Source: Geosiphon pyriformis uo1
Lineage: Eukaryota > Fungi > Glomeromycota
Direction: 5' to 3'
Assembly (NCBI GenBank): GCA_016748015.1
Contig: JAAOMT010000127.1
Coordinates: 33,312 to 97,311, forward strand
DNA: 64,000 nucleotides
Positions within the stretch are counted from its first letter, which is position 1, and each line of letters starts with the position of its first letter. Below are positions 1-11,023 of the stretch, in pieces. Made by a program: the position numbers and the translations under genes. The notes below the pieces were generated by a model, which did not search any database, was not told the origin of the DNA, and saw nothing but the letters and a program-made list of their open reading frames with translations.

Positions 1-954
1 CTGCAATCTGTGGTACCTTTAACAAATGATCAGAAAAAGCCCCAGTATTTGAATTCAAAGAGGAGAAAGAAATGCCACTTACTGAAACCTACATGGCTCT
101 TGAATCAACATTCAATTGGACTGAAGAAACAGAACAGGAGATTTTTAAAGAATCAAGAGGATGGAAGAAAGTTAGATATTTTATACCAAAACCACAGAAA
201 CAACCACCCTATATTTCACTCAAATGCAAAGATTGCAACAAAAAACTTTCATCAATGGAAGCATGTATTTTTCCAGAAGAGGAATATGAAACTTGTACCT
301 GTTACTTTTGCAAAGCATACCATAGAGAACAATTTAGATCTCCAAAAAGAAGTGGAAAATAGGACAACACATCTTGTCTTACATGTGGAGAAATGCTACC
401 AGAAGAATGCAATTGGATTGATGTAGCAATAAGAGAAGGAGTATGTAATCAAACCTGTCAATATGCTCTATCAATTTCGGAAAAAGTCAAAAGAGGAACA
501 CCATTTGATGCAGCATACAACAGTGCTCTCAATAAACTTTACCACTACCCTCATGATGCTGAAATAATTTTTGACTTAGCAATGGCATTGATCAATGAAG
601 CTACCAAGAAGATGTCCGCCAAATGAAAAAAGCTAAATACATTGAGTATACCATGGAATTAGCTAGATTTGATTATGAAAATAAAGTAGAAACCTACCAC
701 TAAATTGCAAGCCATATATATCCGACCAAAGAAACTCAAATTCAATGATTAGAGCAAATGAACATTCAATTGTGTGAAAAATGTGTTATGCCTTGTGATG
801 ACCAATGGTGTTTAAAATGTTATGCTCTTAGCATTTCTCTGCCAGATGAGAATGATGAAAATGAAATCGAATTTGGAGTATCTGAACTAGTAGAAGAACT
901 ACCAACCACCCCCATCTATCTTCTTGAAAAGCAACCATCTCTACAACTTAAATA

Positions 955-1375
955 TTTTGACAATTATGGCCAAGGAATCAGACCAGAAAAAGCACACGAA
1001 ATTGATGCTGGATATGACCTAAGATACTCAGGAAAAGATACTTTGGTTCTCCAACCAAAGTTCTTAACAAAAATTAATCTCAAAATTGCTCTTAAAATTC
1101 CATTAGGATCAATGGTTCAAATTGCCTCCAGATCATTATTGTCAAGCAAAGGAATCAATATTAGAGGAGGAGTTATAGATGCAGGATATACTGGAGACAT
1201 TACCATCATGTTACAGAATGAGACAGACAAACCATTCAAAATTGAACATGCTAAAAAAATTGCTCAAGCGATTTACTTACTCTTAATTAACATATTGGAA
1301 TTACAATCAGTAAACAACAGAGAACAATTGGGAAAAAGTGAAAGAGAAACTCAAGATTTTGGTTCAACTGGACGA
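955..1375 (+). pseudogene. dUTPase domain within pol of element A
   Basis: All five trimeric-dUTPase motifs in ORF 758..1960: AGYDL, IASRS, GVIDAGYTG, IAQ, R..QDFGSTG. Confidence 0.92.
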
Positions 1376-1859
1376 TTTACAGTTCCAGTAAACATAGCTC
1401 TTAATACACAAAATGAATCTTACCAGATTCTTCAACTTCCCCAGCCAATTACCATTTCACCTTTTGAAAAACATCATGAAATTTACACTTGCTCAAAATC
1501 CACCACTACACAACAAATCTTTGAATCCAATGAACAAATCTGTTTGAAGCATGAAATCTTAATTCCAAACGTTTATATCCCCAAAGGAATGAAAAAATTT
1601 CAAATTACATTCTACAACCCCAATAATTACCCTATTGTCTTATTAAACAAATTAGAGATTGGAATCATACACAGCAATATTTTTCAAGAGGAAGACCCTC
1701 AAATTGTTTTTAATTTCATCGAAATTGTAAGGCACACTCTACTCCCAAATCCAAATATCATTCCCACTACTGAAAACTACCACTTTTTGGAAGAAAAACT
1801 CTCTCAAATCAACATGAGTTTCTTAAAACCTCAACAACAAAGACAATTGAAACAATTGA

Positions 1860-3220
1860 TAGCTGAATTTGCAGATATATTTGCAAAAAACAACAATGAC
1901 TTGGGAAAAACAGACATTGTTCAACATCAGATCCATACAGAAGATGCTTCACCAAAATGACAACAAGCTTATCAAGTGCCACCTGTCAGCCACCAATTCA
2001 TCAGAGAAGAGGTCCAAAGAATGCTCAATAATAGACTGATTCAACCATCAAGAAATCCTTGGGCCTCACCAGTAGTTTTAATTAAAAAGAAAAATAGAAA
2101 AATCAGATTCTGTGTTGATTATAGACAACTGAATAGTGTTACAATTGGAGATGTCTACCCTCTTCCAAGAATTGATGACATGCTAGATGCTCTAGGAAAA
2201 GCCAAGTTCTTTTCAACTTTAGACTTAGAAAGTGGATACTGGCAAGTCGAAATGAACCCAAAAGACCGACCCAAAACAGTATTTACCATTCAGGGAAGAA
2301 ACTATAAGTTCAATGTTATGCCTTTTGGACTCTGTAATGCACCAGCAACATTCCAGCAACTCATAGATGTTGTATATGAAGGACTCTTGTGGCAATCAGT
2401 AGTTGTCTATCTTGATAACACTGATGTATACTCACCAAGCTTTGAGACTCATCTCATTTACTTGTGAGAAGTTTTTCAATGATTATGGAAAGCAGGATTA
2501 AAGTTAAACATTGAAAAATGTCACTTTGGAAAAACAAGCTTGATTTTTCTTGGACACATAGTTAGTAAAGATAGAATCAAACCAAACCCCAGAACAATTA
2601 GTGCTGTCAAAAATTTTCAAACTCCCAGAAATACTACAGAACTAAGAGAATTTGTAGGATTAGCCTCTTACTATTGAAAATTCATAAAAGAATTCTCCGA
2701 AATTGCCAAACCACTCAATTATTTTACCAACAAAAACATACCATACAAATAGACTGAAGAACAACAAAAAGCTTTTGAAACTCTCAAAACAAAATTGACA
2801 ACAGCCCTAGTTCTTGCTTACCCAGACTTCAACAAACAATTCCAATTAGCTACTGATGCTTCACACATAGCATTTGGTGCCATTTTATCACAATTAGATG
2901 AAAATGGCCAGGAACAAGTTATTGCCTATACCAGCAGAACACTCAAGTCAACAGAATTCAAATATGGCTCAACTGAATTGGAAGCTGCTGTAGTCATCTG
3001 GGCTTTCAAACACTTTCAACAATACCTGAAAAATAGAAAAGAATTTGACATAATAACTGACAATATTGGTCTCAAATGGCTTAATAAAAAGAAAACTAAA
3101 CAAAGTGCCAAACAGTCTCAATGGAATGACTTCCTAGCAGACTACAGATACATTGTACATTACAAACCAGGAAAATTACACACCAATGTTGATAGCCTCT
3201 CAAGAATGAGACAATATTAA
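1860..3220 (+). pseudogene. Reverse transcriptase + RNase H of element A (interrupted by stops)
   Basis: ORFs 1976..2467 and 2795..3220 carry Gypsy RT and RNase H motifs; ends NVDSLSRMRQY-stop. Confidence 0.93.
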
Positions 3221-3287
3221 TACCAACATCAACACCAACAAAACACCAACAAACTTAACAATAGAACAAATAACAAGATCAACAACA

Positions 3288-4674
3288 ATGGATCCAGAAA
3301 ACTACAACAACATCAAAAACTATTTGAAGACTCTTACCATGCCAGAAAATTGGTCTCCAAGTGAAAAACATTGATTACAACACCAATCCAAACAATATTT
3401 TATACACTATAACAAAATTTATTACAAAAATTGTAAAAACCCAAACCAACCACTCAGATTAGTACAGGAAAATAAAAAAGAAACAATTTTATATAACATG
3501 CACACAGATCCTTCTTCAGCACATTTGGGGAGAAATGGAACAATTCAAAAAACTCTTGAACATTATTTTTGGCCTCATATACAAAAAAAACATTCAACAA
3601 TATGTAGAATCTTGTAATAGTTGTCAAAGAAGAGGAAGAATCTGTCCCACAGAACCTTTAAATCCAATCAAAATTGAACAATCTTTTAACAGAGTTGGAA
3701 TTGATTTAGTCAGACCATTACCTATCACAACTCAAGGAAATTGTTATATTGCAGTTGCAGTGGATTATCTTACCAAATGGCCTGAAGCTAGAGCCATCCA
3801 AAGAGCAGATGCAAAATCAGTAGCAAATTTCATCTATGAAGACATTATCTGTAAACATAGATGCCCAATTGAATTCTTATCTAATCAAGGAACACATTTT
3901 GTGAACAACTTGATACAAAAAATTTGTGAATGGTTCAATGTCAAAAGACCTCTATTATCACCTTATCACCCTCAAACAAATGGACTTGTAGAATGTTTCA
4001 ACAGAACATTGTGTGAATCTCTAGCCAAAGTTTCAACAGACTTTGAGCAGGAATGGGATATCTTTATTCCATCAGTGTTACTAGCATACAGAACACTAAA
4101 ACAAGATACTACAAAACACACACCATTTGATCTTACTTATGGAAAAACAGCAATATTACTAATTAATTTCACAGTGAAAACATATCCAATGCAACCAATC
4201 AATGAAGAAAACTTTCAAGAAACACTCCAAAGAAGAGCCTACACTCTTCTTAGTACACTGGAAGAAAAAAGAAGAATAGCAGCAACTCATATTAAACATT
4301 CCTAAGCTCAACAAAAAGAAAGACATGACAACAAATTACCATCTATTACCAACGAATTTAAAGTTGAAAATAAAGTTCTCTTACACAGAACTAAGACTGA
4401 AAAACAATGGAGTGGGAAATTTGAAAACAAATGGGATGAACCATTTTATATTCACGAAATTCTAGACAATGGATCATACAAGTTAAGACTTGATGACAAA
4501 ATACTAGCAAAAGTTACACATGGAGCTAGATTGAAACACTATTATTCCAGAAACAATTCTGAACCATTAATTCCACAAATTGGTACACATTCTCTTTTAA
4601 TTAATCCTGAAAATATTCTCCAAAATTTAGAACCAATAATTATAATAGAACAACAACCAAACTTGAACACTTAA
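3288..4674 (+). pseudogene. Integrase of element A (own ATG; frameshift and stops)
   Basis: ATG 3288 (MDPENYNNIKNYL); HHCC zinc finger (H..H, CNSCQ); DDE core in ORF 3535..4305; GPY/F-like C-terminus (WDEPFYI...GSYKL); no chromodomain seen. Confidence 0.88.
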
Positions 4675-4816
4675 ATTTTACAATAATTTTCTAATAAAAA
4701 CACAAAGACAAAAATAGTAAATAATTACAAAACACCCAAACCCAAAAACAAATAAAAACCCCATATCCAAAAATAATTTTCTTTATTTTTTCTTTTCATA
4801 ATTAGTCAATTTTATC

Positions 4817-5446
4817 ATGATTATTCCCCGAAATATTCAACAAATATCCCAAAAATTAATGTTAGCCTTGAAAACACTTCCTGACTTATCTATAACGATT
4901 AATGAAAGTCAAATTAATTACATTCAGAAAGAAACCACAGCCCCAGTAGCAAATCATTCACAGAACTATCACCCCTATAGAAGAAAAACAAGAAGTCACT
5001 CTGAGAATAGATTACCAAGACTTTTGAAGCAAGCACTAGAAGAAAATTTTTTAATTGCCCCTATTGACATTTTACCAAATGCTACAATGCAACAAAAACT
5101 TCTACTACTTTTCAATGAACAGAACAATGAACACACCTCTATTTATAAATACTTTCACATTGGAAAAACACTTTATGAACAAAAACTGGAACTTAAAGCA
5201 ACAAACCTCATTTCTGAAGCTATACAAAAACAAATCCACAATGAATTTAAAACAGCAGCTGGACCAACAAACACTCCCTACAAACTTAGAGCAGCTTTTA
5301 GACTCTATGACTTGTTTAATACTTGTGAAAATGTTCTTCACAGAACTGAAATTTCAACAATTTTCAGACCAGATTACTTCAATTATTTTGGATTACTATC
5401 TCAATATTACAGATTGTGCTTGGACTTCAACAGAGCTCAGTCTTGA
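4817..5446 (+). CDS. Accessory ORF3 of Gypsy element A, 209 aa, unknown function
   Basis: Open frame between integrase and PPT; a homologous degenerate ORF sits at the same position in element C (40926..41555). Confidence 0.7.
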   Translation: MIIPRNIQQISQKLMLALKTLPDLSITINESQINYIQKETTAPVANHSQNYHPYRRKTRSHSENRLPRLLKQALEENFLIAPIDILPNATMQQKLLLLFNEQNNEHTSIYKYFHIGKTLYEQKLELKATNLISEAIQKQIHNEFKTAAGPTNTPYKLRAAFRLYDLFNTCENVLHRTEISTIFRPDYFNYFGLLSQYYRLCLDFNRAQS

Positions 5447-5457
5447 GGAGAAGATTA
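5445..5457 (+). other. Polypurine tract of element A
   Basis: GAGGAGAAGATTA immediately before the LTR-start TG. Confidence 0.7.
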
Positions 5458-6448
5458 TGTTACCAGTAGAATTTTAGCTATTAATTAGCATGAAATTACC
5501 CTTATAATTTCTATAATTAATTGGTATATTAATATCATTTCAAATTATCATTTATTATTTAATCAATTATTACATATCACGATTCAATTAAAATAATCTA
5601 ATTAGTATAACAGAAGTAGGATGATCAAATTATACAATACCCTGAACTTTGTAACATTCAAAAATTCGCCGAAATTTATAAAAAATTCGCCGAAATTTAC
5701 AGAAATTCGCCGAAATTATGAATAGTTCACCCAAATTAATTAATAGTTCAGCGAAATAACTTGTAGTTCATCAAAATGTATCTTTAGTTCGCCAAAATTT
5801 GAGCAAAGAGAAAAAGTGCAAGTTCATAGACTAGTACTACAACAAGTTATATAAAAGAAGAGCTTTTCTCTTCAGGAAAATGTATCTTACTTTAGATTTA
5901 TTACTTAGAACCATTCCTACACACACAAAAAGAAATAAATATCAAATAATTCGAAAAACCAAATTCTTTAATTATTGCACTTGGAAAATCCTCAAAATCC
6001 AACTAACATTTTGAAATTGATTAGCTACCAATTTCAGTAAACTGTTAATGACTCCAGGCCTAGATAGAAAACGTTTCTCTTGATAAAATCCTATTTCTTT
6101 TACATTTTTTTTATTTTTCTTTTCTTTTCTTATTACAATTATTAGGGTAGCCTACAGACAAGATTCCTGTAGAAGAGTTGACTTTTACAGCAAAGTAACT
6201 ACACATTTTTAGTGAGCTTCTAGACGAGCAATTCCTGGAAAAGAGTTGATGTTTACTACAACATAACTACATAAAGTAACTGGCAAGGAATTGGCCACTC
6301 CATTTATAAGCCCAGTAGTTCAAATTATAGGAGATAATTTGAAGACAAATTCAGTTACTGGAGGTCCAACTACTTCTTGAAAACGTGAATTTACAGCAAA
6401 TCAATATTAACAACACTCAAGAAAAGAAACCAAAAACCTCCAATAACA
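5458..6448 (+). repeat. 3' LTR of element A (~990 bp)
   Basis: TGTTACC...TAACA termini; homologous to 38585..39568 and 55559..56505; internal ~21-bp repeats with AATTCGCCGAAAT core at ~5660-5800. Confidence 0.9.
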
Positions 6449-8900
6449 TTGTACTAAATAGTAAAAAAACTTCTTTCAAAAAAACTTTAGACTCTTTTTT
6501 GGGAATTTTGGATGAAAAAGAGGTTTTTTGAATTTTTGAATCTTCTAAATTACCTGTAATAATAATAACTAATTTGTTAACTAGTATAATTTATCTTTTT
6601 AGAATAATTGAATCCTTTGTAATTAGTTTTAATAGATACAAATTATATTTATTTATTTTTGGTTTAAATAATAATATGAGAGTTTATATAAATATATAAT
6701 ATTGTTTTGTTTAATCTGAATGACTAGTTATATATAATAAATATATAAATTATGTTTAATCTAAGTTATTTAGTTTAATTCTGTATACTAGATAGCAATT
6801 AAACTTTACTTATTAATTAATTATGATAAAAAAAATTTTTTTAGATTTAACAAAAAATAAAAAAATTACTTATGTTTAAACTAATATATTAAATTATATA
6901 ATTAATAAAATTTATTACAGTTTTATTATTGTTAATAAAAATATTATTGATTTTAAAAAATTTGTTTGTAATATTTAAAATAATTTATATAATTGTATAA
7001 TTATTTTTAATTTAAATTATGTTATTTATAAATATTTTAACTATAAAATAAAAAATTAATCTTATAATATTCTTAATTTTTTCAGTTTTAATTACAGATT
7101 TTAAGTTAATTTTATAATTATATAAATGTTTATACTTATTTATTTTATACAAAAAAAATCATAAAAAATTTTTATAATAGAAAAAAAACTTTACTTTAAT
7201 CTAAATTATTATATATTATATAATTTGTTATTAAACCAAATTTTGTTATAATTTTATTTATTTTATTATTATAAATATGTTTAAAAAACCTAAATTTATT
7301 AATTCAGATTTTAATTATATTATTTTTGAAATAAAGCTAATTTATTAAATTTACAGTAAAAATAAACATATAAATAAAAATTTTTTTAAGTACAAAAAAT
7401 TATTTTTTGCTGTTTTTATCAAAGTTATTAAATACATATTTATTAAAATACTTTTTTATTTATAAAACTTAAAAATTATTAAAATTTAAGTTTTTTTTAT
7501 TTATTTAAAACTATTTTTATATATAAATAAAAATTTATAATATTTAACAAAAAGTTTATAACTATTTTATATATTTTATTTAAAATACCAAAAAAATTAA
7601 TGATTTTGTTATTTAATATTTTTTTAATCATTTTTATTTATAATATTAAAAAAAATTTTATTATTAATATAATTATAAAAATTATATTGTAATTAATAAA
7701 TATTAGAAATTATATTTAAAATTATATACTTCTTAGTTTATGTTTTTATTTATTTTGAATTTAATTAACTTAAATTCAAAAATAATGTTTTTATTAAATA
7801 TTAAATAATTCAAAACAACTTTTTTAAAAAGCTTTTTTAATACACTTTTAATTTTTTATTTTTTATTTTTAACAAATTTTTTTATTTGTTTGTTAATAAC
7901 CAAATAACTTTTTGTATTTTAGTTTTAAATAACTTAAAAAACTTATATAATTTTTTAATTTTAGCCAAAATTTAAAAGATTAATATAATAAACTTTAATA
8001 TTTAAAAACTTTTGAATTTACCAATTTTAAACTAATTTAATTTGATTTAAATTTATAATAAAATTTTTAATTTGATTTTATTATTTAAACAATATGTTTT
8101 TAAAAATTTTAAATCCAATTTTTTTTATTTAAAAAGCTTAAATGTATTTTTTAACTAAAATAAATCAAAATTACAAAATTAAATTTTATAAAATATATTG
8201 TTAGCTAATAAAATTATTATCTTTTTTAGAATTTTTTACATAGTATTAATATTAAAAAACTTTTTAATGATTTTAAAAACTTTATGATGCTTAATAAATT
8301 AACCAAAAATGTAATGGCAATTTTTTTTATTTGTTAGCATTTTTTAAACTTATATTGTATTTTTATTTGTCTTTATTAACTTGTTTATAAACTAAATTAA
8401 AATAAATATTTAGCAAACTTAATACCAAACCAAAATAATAACAAGTTTATTAAATATTATTTGCCAGTTATTAATTTATTAAAAAAAACACAAAAAATGC
8501 TTAAAAATAAGCTTATTTAGTTATTAATAAGTTTATAAACTTTATTAATGGTTTTTATCAAAAATAAAAATTATAAAATTTAATTTTGTATAAATTATTA
8601 GCAACTCAATAATGTCATAAGTGAAAATACTTATTTTTATTTTGAATAGATAATATGTTATATATTTTTGGTAAATTTAAATATTTTTTAACTTTAGATT
8701 TGAAAAGTAAATATTAGCACTATTTTGTTGGTATTCAATATTAAATAATTGTTTTTTGTAATTACAAAAATCTTTAATATTTTATAACAGCTAAAACTTT
8801 TAATTAGTGCCAAGTTTGGTTCATTTTAACTTAAATTATAATTAAAAAAAAAGTAAACCTTTTTTTAATTAAATCAATATATGTAAAATAAAATACTCAG
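6449..8900. other. Extremely AT-rich low-complexity desert (similar tracts at ~12500-13330, 20100-21150, 31610-33400, 55230-56540, 58290-59190)
   Basis: Almost no G/C, essentially no CpG, no credible ORFs; boundaries approximate. Confidence 0.8.
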
Positions 8901-10105
8901 CTTAAAGACAATTATTAAAATTATAGAAATACTTAACATTTATTTATATTAAATGTATTTTGTTAAACGATTGCAAAATACAAAAAAATAATTGAAATAG
9001 CTAAAAAATAATTTTCAAGTAAATTAATACTTGCAACCATAGAAATTGATTTAAAAAAATACATTTTAAATCACGCTTTAAAATTGTAAACCAAAAATTA
9101 TATATTTGACATAATTATTTTATTATATTAATTTGCTACAATTTTACTTTATTCACTTCTCTTTGACTTTTCTAACTACTTTTTGTCATCAGAAATTATA
9201 CAAATAAGAATTGCAAAATTGGTTCACTTATATTATGTATTATGTATGTTAATTAATTTCTTTAACTCTCAAAAATATTTAATGTGATTATTATAAAAAT
9301 AAGAAAATTTGGTTTAAACTACTTAATATATTATAGAAGTAAAAACATCCTTATCACTAATAATATTTTTAAAGAAATAATTTTATTACCTAAACTATAT
9401 TACCTAAAAATAACGCATAAAGATGCTATCCGGCTTAGTTTTAACTCGAATCATGATCAAACTTTTAAAATTAAATCTAACACAAGGAAGAATTAAAAAA
9501 AAGTATATAATAGTTACTTAAGAAATATATGTATTTAAGCAGCAAAAATTAGTATTCAAACTCATTATAAATTTGAAAGCTTGCAACATATTAGTAAATC
9601 AAGATATCTTATAGTTGGTTTTTTTAATGTAATTATTTTATTTATCTATTTATTTTCTAAATCGTATTTACTCCTTAGGGATTTTAACCTTGCAAAGCTA
9701 TCTATCAAATATTAATTATAGCTTATAAGGAGGATAATTAAGATTATCAAGGTTTTGTACTAAATATGATATAATCCATTTTAACGCCTTCCCATCGTTA
9801 AGAACCTTATCATATTAAGGTCTTAAAATAAATTCGAAGGTGGTATTTCGAAATAATGAAATAATGAAATTTAAAATTTCTTTTAGATCTGCTCGCGATA
9901 TAGATAAAGCTCATCGTTCTAGTGATGATAGGTAACAGAAAAAAGGTTATATAAGAAAGTAATTTAGTATTTATTGACTTTCAATGAAAGTTTAGATTAA
10001 AATTTATTTCCAATTGGTTTTTATTAAAAAAACTTCAAATTATTGTTTTAATCTAAAAGAGCATAGTAATAAAACATCTAAATTTCTTTTTATCTATGCG
10101 AGCCT

Positions 10106-10534
10106 TTAGCAAAGCCCACCATAACCCCGGAATGAGGATAGTCCTCCCATATAGCCAGTGCCGTAGCCGAGATTACCATATCCAACACCACGGCCGAGAT
10201 AACCATCAATTGGAGCATACAGATTACTTTGAAGAGGGGCTCCAATAATTCCATCATATCCAATTGGTGAAACGGCAAGCGGGCTTACAATATTTTTGAT
10301 CGGGGTAATGGGATTGAGCACACCTAAACCAACTGGAGCTATGGTTCCAATCTTCGCAGCTGCCGTGGCAGGCAAAGCAGTAGCAATCGGGGCTTTATTG
10401 ATAATTCCATCAGAGGGTTCCCTTTTATAAAAGCTCAAATGCGAGTTTGAATTATTAATAATTGGAGCTGATTGGATTTGGATAGCGAGAAGAATTGTAA
10501 AGAAACTAGCAAAAAATTTTTTAAAGGAGGGCAT
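10106..10534 (-). CDS. Small secreted Pro/Ala- then Gly/Tyr-rich protein, 142 aa, signal peptide + KR-EP processing site (copy 1)
   Basis: Intact ORF with ATG in AAAATG context; N-terminus MPSFKKFFASFFTILLAIQIQS-AP resembles a signal peptide; YKR|EP; GYG/GY-rich tail; CpGs retained, unlike the surrounding TEs. Confidence 0.85.
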   Translation of the reverse strand: MPSFKKFFASFFTILLAIQIQSAPIINNSNSHLSFYKREPSDGIINKAPIATALPATAAAKIGTIAPVGLGVLNPITPIKNIVSPLAVSPIGYDGIIGAPLQSNLYAPIDGYLGRGVGYGNLGYGTGYMGGLSSFRGYGGLC

Positions 10535-11023
10535 TTTAAAATAAAATATTTTAATTTTAAATGATATTTTTTTTAAAGAGATTATTCTTTTACAAAGAAA
10601 AAAAATGCTTTTTTAATATTAAATACTAGGAATAAGAAGAATCTTATTTATAATACCTTTTTTAGTGCTTTATGAAATTTCCGACTTGAAAAATCGTCTT
10701 TCACGCATAAATTTAGATCAAATCTTTAAAAGAGATAGCATAAAGTAATAAAATTGCTTCAACTTTTATGGCATAATTCAAGTTTGATTTTTCTAGCATA
10801 ATATCATATTTTCTTAAAAAGATTAAAAACTATTTAGCATAATATAAAAACCTAATTTAATCAGAAAGCACATAGGCAGGGAAAGAAATGGTAAAATGAT
10901 TGCATTATCTAAAATTCATATTTATGAATTGCTAAACTCTTCCCCTAAAAAAAGTATCCACTCATTAAAAAATAAAAAACTCCCAATTTAAAAGCAATTT
11001 GACAAAATTTGATAATTATCAAA
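10535..11023. promoter_or_regulatory. 489-bp divergent intergenic region, probable bidirectional promoter (second copy 22858..23346)
   Basis: Lies between head-to-head start codons; AT-rich with TATA-like words (e.g. TATAAAAA ~10843); no specific site assigned. Confidence 0.5.

Larger units (their letters stand above)
1..6448 (+). mobile_element. Ty3/Gypsy LTR retrotransposon 'A', 3' portion (5' LTR, gag and protease lie upstream of the window); degenerate
   Basis: Ordered Cys-rich region, dUTPase, RT (PWASPVV, FCVDYR, MPFGL, YLDN), RNase H (TDAS, ELE), integrase (GIDLV, YHPQTNG), extra ORF, purine tract, then an LTR with TGTTA...TAACA ends; many in-frame stops. Confidence 0.95.

Noticed and set aside
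955-1375. Host dUTPase or RNase H genes
   Set aside because: All such domains are embedded in retroelement polyproteins and decay with them.
4817-5446. env gene
   Set aside because: No signal peptide, transmembrane segment or evident fusion-protein features.
9284-9496. Short ORFs in AT-rich DNA (9284..9496, 20538..20744, 38240..38488, 50166..50351)
   Set aside because: I/K/F/N-biased composition expected from low-complexity or repeat DNA; several have non-ATG starts.
10106-10120. C-terminal prenylation signal (GGLC)
   Set aside because: Not CaaX, CC or CXC, and the protein has a signal peptide.
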